64,000 nucleotides of DNA from Thermoplasmatales archaeon (GTDB lineage: Archaea; Thermoplasmatota; E2; DHVEG-1), in assembly GCA_030672305.1 (NCBI GenBank), contig DAOVGR010000050.1, positions 32,302 to 96,301 on the forward strand, read 5' to 3'. A model generated the notes under the pieces. It was given only the letters and a program-made list of their open reading frames with translations, was not told the origin of the DNA and searched no databases. Made by a program: the position numbers and the translations under genes. Within the stretch, counting starts at the first letter, position 1. Each line of letters opens with the position of its first letter. This document shows positions 56,144 through 64,000 of the stretch, piece by piece.

Positions 56144-57967
56144 TTATTTACTTTTTTTGTTTTCTTCTTCTTTTTTCTCTTTTTGTGGTTTTGAAAGTAT
56201 CATGAAAAGTAACAGCAGCAATAATCCAATTATCAGGATAATAATTATGATGATATTGCTTTCTTCGGGAGTATCTTGTTCGTCTAATGTAATTGTTATA
56301 TCAATTTTTGCTATTGTATCATTATCATATGCTGACACATTTATAATGTAATCTCCAGGTTCAATCCACTTATGACTAATATTAAATAAGTCCCCAGACT
56401 TAAGAAAGATACTATCATCTATATTTCCATCGCCCCAATCAACTGTATATTTGATTTCGTCGTTATCTTCATCAGTTGAAACAATAGAAAAGAGATATTC
56501 AATGTTTACAAATCCCTCAATTGGACCGCTGACATTTGGTTCTGACGGTGGATGATTTGCTTGAATAATAACAGCAGTTGTTACATCAGTATTGGTTGCA
56601 CCCTTGTTATCTGTTACTTTTAATATTATTGTGTAATCACCTGGACTTGAAAAATTGTGTATAATATTTTCACCTAAGGCAGTTGTTCCATCACCGAAAT
56701 TCCAGCCCCATTCAGCAATATAACCATCATAATCATAACTTAATGTTGCATCAAAGTCTATTTCCTCATTTACAAAGCCTATGTATAATTCACCAGCGGA
56801 TAAATCTGCAACTGGGGGTTTATTTGATTTTATAACAGGTAAGCTTGTTACACCACCGCCTCCACTACTACCTCCATTTTTTTTCTTTTCTTCAAAAATT
56901 TCAAAATGTGCTGTTACATTTTTGTTTTCAGTCATATTTATTGTTGCTGGATTGCTGTTTCCACTTAGATTTCCGCTCCAATGGTCAAATGTACTACCTT
57001 CCGAAGCAATTGCTGTCAGATTTACAATATCACCAAAATGATATGGACCATAGGTATTGATTTCAACAACTCCGTCTCCATCAATATTTACAATAAGTGT
57101 GTATAATGGTTCTGGTTCTGAAAAAACTGCAATTACATTCTTGTCATTATCCATTATTATAGATATAGGATTTTCTTTACCTGATATATCTCCCGCCCAA
57201 TGATCAAAATTCCAACTTTCGTTTAGTAGTGCAGTAAGATTTATGATCGATCCATAAGTATAATATGAAAAATCAGGGTCAATAGCAACACTGCCATTTC
57301 CTAGTATATCGATAGCCAAAACGTATTGATCTTGAATAAAATTAGCAGTAACTGATTTATTACTATCCATTAAAACACTTTCAGGATTTATACCAGAATT
57401 TAGATCACCAGTCCAATTGTTAAAGCTCCAACCCAAATCAGCTACAGCAGAAATATTAACAATTTTACCATATGAATAATATGCTTTATCGGGATCTTTT
57501 ATTACTGATCCGTTACCATTGATATTTATTGCAAGTGTAAAATTTGCATCACTTACTGAAAAATAAGCAATCCTACCTGAATTAGTTGACCATTCCCAAC
57601 CGCATTTTAAAATTCCGAGCTGAATATTCCAAATCCCCATCTTTGCCGATTCATTCAAGAAAAAAGATCCGTAAACAACATATTGTGATTCATTTGAACA
57701 GTATACAACATTACCATCGGGATCTCTGATTCTTAATTTTAAAAGATAATTATATCCATAAGCTTCTCCCATACCATAGACGATTTCACCTTTGAAAAAG
57801 GAATCCTTTAACGTTTCATAATCATCTTCAAATGTTCCAATAGTATAGTGACATGCACTAACTGGAATTGCTGTTATTGTCAATATCGATATCAAACTAA
57901 ATATTGCTAGTATTGATACAAATTTTCTAGAGATTTTTTTTCTATTTTTTATATCCATTTTTCCCAC
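56144..57967 (-). CDS. Cell-surface protein with three divergent InlB B-repeat-like modules, two PKD domains and a C-terminal TM anchor
   Basis: 607 aa with a signal peptide. Three roughly 70-aa repeats (GNGSVIKDPDKAYYSYGKIVNISAVADLGWSFNNWTGDL...VTANF). PKD motifs WNFGDGT and VDWGDGN. C-terminal hydrophobic stretch plus Lys/Glu-rich tail. Confidence 0.65.
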   Translation of the reverse strand: MGKMDIKNRKKISRKFVSILAIFSLISILTITAIPVSACHYTIGTFEDDYETLKDSFFKGEIVYGMGEAYGYNYLLKLRIRDPDGNVVYCSNESQYVVYGSFFLNESAKMGIWNIQLGILKCGWEWSTNSGRIAYFSVSDANFTLAININGNGSVIKDPDKAYYSYGKIVNISAVADLGWSFNNWTGDLNSGINPESVLMDSNKSVTANFIQDQYVLAIDILGNGSVAIDPDFSYYTYGSIINLTALLNESWNFDHWAGDISGKENPISIIMDNDKNVIAVFSEPEPLYTLIVNIDGDGVVEINTYGPYHFGDIVNLTAIASEGSTFDHWSGNLSGNSNPATINMTENKNVTAHFEIFEEKKKNGGSSGGGGVTSLPVIKSNKPPVADLSAGELYIGFVNEEIDFDATLSYDYDGYIAEWGWNFGDGTTALGENIIHNFSSPGDYTIILKVTDNKGATNTDVTTAVIIQANHPPSEPNVSGPIEGFVNIEYLFSIVSTDEDNDEIKYTVDWGDGNIDDSIFLKSGDLFNISHKWIEPGDYIINVSAYDNDTIAKIDITITLDEQDTPEESNIIIIIILIIGLLLLLLFMILSKPQKEKKEEENKKSK

Positions 57968-58206
57968 CTATTGATACCAAGTTTTGTAAGTTCGCTTATT
58001 AACGTGTTTTTGTACAACTGTTACCAGGTTCCTTTACAGTAGTTGTCTAAAAAATCTCTAAACTTAATTATAGCAAAAAAAATAGAATTATAGGTTTATT
58101 ATATATAAATAAAATAATTTTATATTGAATAAAAAGGAGGTGTGAAATACAATCTGAGTAAAAAAATTTAAAAGCTAACTATTACAAATTTATAGAAAAT
58201 ATCATC

Positions 58207-59136
58207 TTAGTATGGATATTGTTTACCTAAAGACTCAGTTGAACTTAATGCAGCAATCGCCCCTTCAGCACAAGCAGTTACAACCTGTCTTAAACCACCA
58301 GTTATATCACCTGCTGCATAAACTCCTTTTACATTTGTTCTTTGCTGTTTATCAACTATTACAAAACCTCTTTTATCTAGTTTAACACCTAGTTCTTTTG
58401 CTAAGATATTTATTGGATCTTCTCCAATTGAAACAAAAACTCCATCAATAACAAGTTTTGATTTTTCACCAGAATTTACATTATGAATCTCAAGAAATTC
58501 AACCTTTTGATTACCCTGAACTGATTCTACATGAGTATTGAAGATGATTTTCACACCTTTTTCTATTGCTTCATTCTTATAGGCATTCTCAGCACGTAAC
58601 TGGTCACGTCTATGAATTACAGATACTTCCTCACAACCAATTTGTTTTAGAAATATTGATTCAATAAGAGCAGTGTTGCCACCACCAATAACAGCTACCT
58701 TTTTTCCCTTAAAAAAGAATCCATCACAGGTTGCACAATATGAAACTCCTTTTCCTGTTAGCTCTTTTTCACCAGGGGCATTAAGTTTTTTATAATCTGT
58801 GCCTGTACAAAGAATAATTGCTTTTACATCATATGTTTTTTTATCTGTTATAATATTGAATTTGTCTTTTAATTTTTCAATTTTTTTTACTTCCTCATTA
58901 AAATGAATATCTGCATACTTACTAGCATGCTGCTTCAGCTTTTCCATTAAATCGATACCAGAAATGGATTCATAACCAGGATAGTTTTCAATCTTTGGCG
59001 AAACGTTAGCTAAACCGCCTCCCATCCCTTTTTCAAATACTACGGTTTTAATGCCAGAACGGACTGCATAAATACCAGCTGTATATCCTGCAGATCCTCC
59101 TCCAATTATTGCTAATTCATATTCCATGTTAATCAA
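58207..59136 (-). CDS. trxB: Thioredoxin reductase (low-Mr TrxB-like FAD/NAD(P) oxidoreductase)
   Basis: 309 aa. FAD motif AIIGGGSAGYTAG, redox-active CATC and NAD(P) motif VAVIGGGNTA. Confidence 0.85.
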   Translation of the reverse strand: MINMEYELAIIGGGSAGYTAGIYAVRSGIKTVVFEKGMGGGLANVSPKIENYPGYESISGIDLMEKLKQHASKYADIHFNEEVKKIEKLKDKFNIITDKKTYDVKAIILCTGTDYKKLNAPGEKELTGKGVSYCATCDGFFFKGKKVAVIGGGNTALIESIFLKQIGCEEVSVIHRRDQLRAENAYKNEAIEKGVKIIFNTHVESVQGNQKVEFLEIHNVNSGEKSKLVIDGVFVSIGEDPINILAKELGVKLDKRGFVIVDKQQRTNVKGVYAAGDITGGLRQVVTACAEGAIAALSSTESLGKQYPY

Positions 59137-59590
59137 TAATTACATTATCCTTTAAAACTTTGTATGCTTCTTCTGGTGATTCTATATTTTGTAACATTTT
59201 TTCAAATGGGCATAAACCATCGCCACTTCTATTTTTTATAAAAGGCAACATTTCATCAGCTTGACAAAGTATTCCGCCAATAATTAGAATAGCAATTGCT
59301 GTTTTTGTTGCCTGAGGAGAATAAACACCTTTAACATTAGAATATCTACAAAGAAAGGCTGAAGCTTTCCCAAGAATTCTATCTCCAACAACCGTTCCTT
59401 CCATTTCATCTCCTAGTTCATTAATTATCTTCATTATCGGTTTTATCCCATCTCCTTTTTTATGATTTAAAATTTTATCATCTCGAATTACTACAATGGA
59501 ATAATCTTCAGATGACAATGTTTCACGAGCAAGATTCATATCATTAATAATTTCATCAGTTACATTCATCAAATGCCTCTCACGGCACAT
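59129..59590 (-). CDS. Conserved hypothetical protein between nrdG and trxB
   Basis: 153 aa with no clear motif. Translationally overlaps both neighbours (ATGA-type overlaps), so it is likely co-transcribed. Confidence 0.5.
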   Translation of the reverse strand: MCRERHLMNVTDEIINDMNLARETLSSEDYSIVVIRDDKILNHKKGDGIKPIMKIINELGDEMEGTVVGDRILGKASAFLCRYSNVKGVYSPQATKTAIAILIIGGILCQADEMLPFIKNRSGDGLCPFEKMLQNIESPEEAYKVLKDNVIID

Positions 59591-60261
59591 ATATCAAAAT
59601 GTGATTTAATCTCTTCTAAAGTATCCGCTAATTCTTTTTTAGTGTATGGTGTAAAATCTTCAAGTTTAGCTGAAATCAGTGGTGAATTTGGTTTAAATTG
59701 TTGTAGATAGAACTTTTTTGATCCATTAAGCCATTTAGCAATATCTATGATATCATCTTTTGTTAGTAATTTAGGGACAAAAGTTGTTCTAAACTCATAA
59801 TCTATTTTAGAATTTTGTAATAAATTAATTGATTCTTCGATTTTTTTTATGTTTACTTTTACGTTAGTTAGTTTTTCATATTTCTTTTTAGAGGCTTTAA
59901 TATCCATTGCAACATAATCAATGAGATTTTTATCAATAAGCTCCTTTAATTTTTCAGGGTACATGCCGTTTGTATCAATTTTTATTAGATAAGACATTTT
60001 TTTTACTTTTTCACAAAAATCAGAAATATCTTTCTGCATAAGAGGTTCTCCACCTGAAATTACTAAACCTTCTAGCATTCCCTTTCTTTTTTCAAGAAAA
60101 GACATAACCTCTTTTTCAGACACAGGTTGTACATTTCCAATAACTATTTCTTTATTATAACAAAATGGACATCTAAAGTTACATCCGACTGTCCAAATTA
60201 TTGCACTAATAACATCTGGGTAGTCCAACAGCGATGTTTTTTGAATTCCTCCAATCTTCAT
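59569..60261 (-). CDS. nrdG: Anaerobic ribonucleoside-triphosphate reductase activating protein (radical SAM)
   Basis: 230 aa. N-terminal CNFRCPFCYN cluster motif typical of NrdG/PflA-type activases. Directly downstream of nrdD. Confidence 0.85.
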   Translation of the reverse strand: MKIGGIQKTSLLDYPDVISAIIWTVGCNFRCPFCYNKEIVIGNVQPVSEKEVMSFLEKRKGMLEGLVISGGEPLMQKDISDFCEKVKKMSYLIKIDTNGMYPEKLKELIDKNLIDYVAMDIKASKKKYEKLTNVKVNIKKIEESINLLQNSKIDYEFRTTFVPKLLTKDDIIDIAKWLNGSKKFYLQQFKPNSPLISAKLEDFTPYTKKELADTLEEIKSHFDICAVRGI

Positions 60262-62408
60262 TTAGTAACCATAACTTTCTTTTCCATCATGTTGAACATT
60301 TTTCTGTCATTATATTCTTGTTGTTTCCCAAGGTTCCATTGACTAACTGGACGTAGGTATCCAACAACTCTTGAATATACCTCACATGGTATGGTTTTAT
60401 TTTGCCCTCGACAAGTCGGACATGTCTGATGCTCACCAGAAATATATCCATGCTCAGGGCAGACACTAAATGTAGGTGTCAAGGTATAATATGGAAGTGT
60501 ATAATTTTGCGCTACTTTTCTAATAAGTTTTTTTGCAGCCTTTGATGATGGACTTTCTTCACCAAGAAAGATATGTAATACTGTCCCTCCAGTATATTTG
60601 GATTGTAAGGTATCTTGAAGATCTAATGCTTCAAATACATCACTCGTGTAACCAACTGGTAGCTGAGTTGAGTTTGTATAATATGGTTCAACGCCTTTGC
60701 CTCCATTTCCACCATTATATTTTTCTTGATTATAGATTCTAATATCTGGATATTGCTTCTTATCAACACGACTTAGTCGATACGATGCACCCTCTGCAGG
60801 TGTTGCCTCAAGATTGAAGATATCTCCAGTTTCCTCCTGGTAATTAGCGATTTTATCACGCATATAATCAAGGACTTTTTCTGCAAAGGCTTTACCATCC
60901 TTGTCACCTACACTTTTATTCATAAAATTAAGAAGTGCATCATTCATTCCTATAAGACCAATAGTTGAAAAATGATTTTTCCAGTATTCACCAAAGGTTT
61001 TCTTAACATCTTGAAGATAAAACCGTGAATAGGGATGCAGACCACTATGTGTTAGATTTTCAATGATTTCTCTTTTAATCTCAAGACTTTGCTTAGCAAG
61101 TTCCATAACTTGATCTAGTCTTTGGAAAAAATCATTGTCATCCTTTGCAAGATATCCTATTTGAGGGAGATTTATTGTTACTACACCAATAGATCCGGTT
61201 TTAGGATTGGCACCAAATAAACCACCTCCCCTCTTACGAAGTTCCCTATTTGAGAGTCTAAGTCTACAACACATACTCCTTGCATCTTCTGGTTTCATAT
61301 CACTGTTAATAAAATTAGAAAAGTATGGAATCCCATACTTTGCAGTCATTTCCCAAATAGGATCAAGTCCATCGTTATTCCAGTTGAAATCCTTTGTAAT
61401 ATTATATGTTGGAATTGGAAATGTGAATGGTCTTCCTTTAGCATCACCTTCACACATGATATCTGCAAATGCATGATTTACCATGTCCATCTCATCTGTA
61501 AAATCACTGTAGTTATCATCTTTCAGATTTCCACCAATAATAGCGGGTTCATCGACCATATAACTAGGTACAGTGAGATCAAGTGTGATATTTGTAAATG
61601 GACTTTGGAATCCTACTCTTGTTGGAACGTTCATGTTGAATAAAAATTTCTGCATTTCCTGTTTTACTTGTTCATATTTTAGATTATCATATCTAATAAA
61701 TGGAGCAAGTAGGGTATCAAAATTTGATAGTGCTTGGGCCCCCGCCGCTTCCCCCTGAAGCGTATATAGATAGTTTACAATTTGCATCATGGCTGTTCCA
61801 AAGTGTTTTGCTGGTTTACTTTCAATTTTTCCTGATACTCCTCTAAAACCAAGAAGAAGTATATCTTTCAGATCCCAACCTACACAATAGGCTCCAAGAG
61901 TACCAAGATCATGGATATGTAAATTTCCTTGAGAATGAGCTTCTCCAATATCTGGTGGATAAATCTTATTCAACCAATAATGAGATACAATATTTTCTGT
62001 TGCATATACATTCAGACCTTGAAGAGAGTAACTCATGTTACTATTTTCATTGACCTTCCAGTCCATCATACTGAGATATCCATCGACCACGTCAATATCC
62101 TTTAGAAGCCCACCAATTTCGCGAATATCCTGATGTTGTTTTCTATAAAGAATATAAGCTTTTGCTGTCTTTGCATGACCTTCTTCAATAAGAGTTTTTT
62201 CTACGGTATCTTGTACCTGTTCAACTGTTGGTATTTCACCTTTCTTTAGTTCCTTATTAATTCTTTCAAGTACTTTATCTGTGAGTTCACCTGCTTTCCT
62301 GTAATCTTTTCCACCTACAGCCTGAGCTGCCTTCCAAATAGCATTTGTTATTTTTATTGGATTAAAATCAGAAGTTTTCCCGTCTCTTTTACTTATTTTT
62401 CTTATCAT
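60258..62408 (-). CDS. nrdD: Anaerobic (class III) ribonucleoside-triphosphate reductase
   Basis: 716 aa. N-terminal ATP-cone, C-terminal Zn ribbon CPEHG...CPTC and glycyl-radical motif RVVGYLRP. Confidence 0.85.
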   Translation of the reverse strand: MIRKISKRDGKTSDFNPIKITNAIWKAAQAVGGKDYRKAGELTDKVLERINKELKKGEIPTVEQVQDTVEKTLIEEGHAKTAKAYILYRKQHQDIREIGGLLKDIDVVDGYLSMMDWKVNENSNMSYSLQGLNVYATENIVSHYWLNKIYPPDIGEAHSQGNLHIHDLGTLGAYCVGWDLKDILLLGFRGVSGKIESKPAKHFGTAMMQIVNYLYTLQGEAAGAQALSNFDTLLAPFIRYDNLKYEQVKQEMQKFLFNMNVPTRVGFQSPFTNITLDLTVPSYMVDEPAIIGGNLKDDNYSDFTDEMDMVNHAFADIMCEGDAKGRPFTFPIPTYNITKDFNWNNDGLDPIWEMTAKYGIPYFSNFINSDMKPEDARSMCCRLRLSNRELRKRGGGLFGANPKTGSIGVVTINLPQIGYLAKDDNDFFQRLDQVMELAKQSLEIKREIIENLTHSGLHPYSRFYLQDVKKTFGEYWKNHFSTIGLIGMNDALLNFMNKSVGDKDGKAFAEKVLDYMRDKIANYQEETGDIFNLEATPAEGASYRLSRVDKKQYPDIRIYNQEKYNGGNGGKGVEPYYTNSTQLPVGYTSDVFEALDLQDTLQSKYTGGTVLHIFLGEESPSSKAAKKLIRKVAQNYTLPYYTLTPTFSVCPEHGYISGEHQTCPTCRGQNKTIPCEVYSRVVGYLRPVSQWNLGKQQEYNDRKMFNMMEKKVMVTK

Positions 62409-62875
62409 TTTTTTACATCTCCTGTGGTTTGATTAATTAAATTTTTAACTTCCTTTTCAAAACTGGATAAATCGGTAAATGACCTATAAACAGAAGCAAA
62501 CCTGATATAGGCCACATGGTCAACTTCTTTTAATTTATTCATTACATATTCTCCAATTAATTTGCTTTCAATTTCTTCTTTTCCAATTCGTCTTATTTTT
62601 TCTTCGATTGAGACAATTATCTCTTCTATTTTTTCAGAACCAATTGGGCGTTTTTCTAAGGCTTTCATTATTCCATTTTTAATTTTATTCCTATCAAATT
62701 TCTCTAAACGTCCATCTTTCTTTTTAACATATATAGGGGTTAATTCAATGTATTCATAAGTAGTGAAACGCTTATTGCATTTGAGACACTCCCGTCTTCT
62801 TCTAATCGATAACGTCCCTGTATCGCGGGAGTCCGTTACTTTTGTCTCAATATGGTGACAGTAAGGGCATTCCAT
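62405..62875 (-). CDS. nrdR: Transcriptional repressor NrdR (zinc ribbon plus ATP-cone)
   Basis: 156 aa. MECPYCHH...CLKCNKRFTTYE zinc ribbon followed by an ATP-cone. Confidence 0.85.
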   Translation of the reverse strand: MECPYCHHIETKVTDSRDTGTLSIRRRRECLKCNKRFTTYEYIELTPIYVKKKDGRLEKFDRNKIKNGIMKALEKRPIGSEKIEEIIVSIEEKIRRIGKEEIESKLIGEYVMNKLKEVDHVAYIRFASVYRSFTDLSSFEKEVKNLINQTTGDVKK

Positions 62876-62900
62876 CCAACTCTCTCCAGTGGGCCATCAA

Positions 62901-62916
62901 ATACAATATATTGTAT
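62901..62916. promoter_or_regulatory. Candidate NrdR box 1 (perfect 16-bp palindrome)
   Basis: ATACAATATATTGTAT, 26 bp upstream of the nrdR start. Resembles the NrdR-box consensus acaCwAtATaTwGtgt. Confidence 0.5.
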
Positions 62917-62931
62917 CTAAAAAATAATATA

Positions 62932-62947
62932 CTACATTATATTGTAT
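62932..62947. promoter_or_regulatory. Candidate NrdR box 2 (imperfect palindrome)
   Basis: CTACATTATATTGTAT with core tacaTtatatTgta. Centre-to-centre spacing to box 1 is 31 bp, the spacing characteristic of tandem NrdR boxes. Confidence 0.45.
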
Positions 62948-63095
62948 GTTTATGAGATATTTAAACTTTTTGATTTTTCCCTATTTTTAACATAAAATAA
63001 CCACTAATTTTTACATAACTTACTTACAGGATTAATAATTAATGTTATAAATCTTATAAAAATAAAAGCTAGATTTTATTAAATAGAAAAAAACG

Positions 63096-63725
63096 TTAAA
63101 TTATGAGTATTTTTGAGGTGCCTACTGCTTTTTTAACCAAGTTATCAACATCAATTTTGTTTTCTTCCTCTAAGATTTTTTCTAATTTTGCCATTGTTGA
63201 TGGTTTATTTGGAACAGCATTACAACCATCTGATGGTAAAATAGAAAGCTCATAGGTGCCAATTTCTTTTGCAATTTTTACTACATCATCCTTGTCAAAT
63301 CCGATTAGAGGTCTTAAAATTGGGATTTTTACAACATCATCAACTACTCTAATATTTTGAAGAGTTTGAGAAGCAACCTGACCAAGAGAGTCCCCCATAA
63401 TAATCGCATCAGCAGATTCCTTTTCGGCAATTTTTTCAGCATATCTTAGTAAAGTTCGTTTACAAAAAACACATGTATATTTATTGTTACAATTTTGTTT
63501 AAATGTAGTAAGACTATCACCATGGAAAATCACATAAGTCTTCACAGAACAAGAAATAATTTTTTTGAGATGGCGAGCAAGATGTGTAAAATTTTCAATT
63601 TCTCTTTGATCTGTAAAAGGCCTTATATCTCCATGAACTAGTATAATTTCATCTGCTTTTTTTGAAAGTAAATAAGTAGCAACCGGAGAATCAATACCAC
63701 TAGAAATAAGAGATACAAATTTCAT
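63096..63725 (-). CDS. ThiI-like PP-loop ATPase (tRNA sulfurtransferase family, no THUMP domain)
   Basis: 209 aa. PP-loop SSGIDSPVA at the N-terminus and Cys pair CVFCKRT. Start codon overlaps the stop of the upstream cutA (ATGA). Confidence 0.65.
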   Translation of the reverse strand: MKFVSLISSGIDSPVATYLLSKKADEIILVHGDIRPFTDQREIENFTHLARHLKKIISCSVKTYVIFHGDSLTTFKQNCNNKYTCVFCKRTLLRYAEKIAEKESADAIIMGDSLGQVASQTLQNIRVVDDVVKIPILRPLIGFDKDDVVKIAKEIGTYELSILPSDGCNAVPNKPSTMAKLEKILEEENKIDVDNLVKKAVGTSKILII

Positions 63726-64000
63726 GATGTTTCATTAGAGATATAATCTAGGTATTCTATAAGACCACCTATTATTGGTATTACTATAATGTCAGGTAAT
63801 TCATAAGAATGAAGAGATTTTATTCTTGTAATTGTCTTATCGATATTCTCATCACTAGTTTTAGCGATAAAAATACATTCCTCATCTTCTTCTATTTTTC
63901 CTTCCCATCTATAAACAGACTCAATGCTTGGAATGATATTTACACATGCAACTAATTTTTCTTCAACTAAGGTATGTGCAATTCTTCTTGCATCTTCAAT
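63722..64000 (-). CDS. cutA: Divalent-cation tolerance protein CutA (partial; N-terminus beyond window end)
   Basis: Minus-strand frame open to the window edge. It translates to IEDARRIAHTLVEEKLVACVNIIPSIESVYRWEGKIEEDEECIFIAKTSDENIDKTITRIKSLHSYELPDIIVIPIIGGLIEYLDYISNETS, which matches the CutA1 family. Not in the supplied ORF track because it has no in-window start. Confidence 0.7.
   Translation of the reverse strand: MEDARRIAHTLVEEKLVACVNIIPSIESVYRWEGKIEEDEECIFIAKTSDENIDKTITRIKSLHSYELPDIIVIPIIGGLIEYLDYISNETS

Overview
This is a 64 kb segment of an AT-rich archaeal chromosome, shown by archaeal TFB, fibrillarin, PurP, archaeal-type ThrRS and mevalonate kinase. It is densely coded on both strands and mixes housekeeping genes with accessory genes. 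Housekeeping genes include mvk, purP, thrS, gcvTH, flpA, a polyprenyl synthase, rlmE, tfb, gpmA-like, xth, mtnP, ade, trxB, nrdR-nrdD-nrdG and cutA. Six accessory observations stand out. (1) At 1.1-10.5 kb, three paralogous UPF0104/MprF-flippase-like membrane proteins (one fused to a methyltransferase) lie with four methyltransferase-like genes and a B12-binding radical SAM enzyme. This looks like an undescribed membrane-lipid or envelope modification module. (2) Two tandem paralogous secreted proteins (28.4-32.6 kb) combine a beta-helix domain, Ca-binding-like D-x-D-x-D-G motifs and a C-terminal metzincin-like domain. HExxH is intact in one copy and changed to HHxxH in the other. They are followed by an ABC-2 exporter whose ATPase carries an N-terminal zinc ribbon, and preceded by a split Lrp-like regulator pair. 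(3) A hydrogenase maturation locus (hypC, hypD, hypF, hypE, hycI) surrounds a four-gene group-4 [NiFe]-hydrogenase module with small, NuoC-like, large and ferredoxin subunits but no membrane subunits. (4) An IS701-family insertion sequence inside that locus has visibly higher G+C, 19-bp imperfect terminal inverted repeats and a 4-bp CTAA target duplication that overlaps a gene stop codon. (5) A tandem pair of NrdR-box palindromes sits upstream of nrdR. (6) Two unannotated Cys-rich small ORFs lie next to a cold-shock protein. I found no CRISPR array, tRNA or rRNA.
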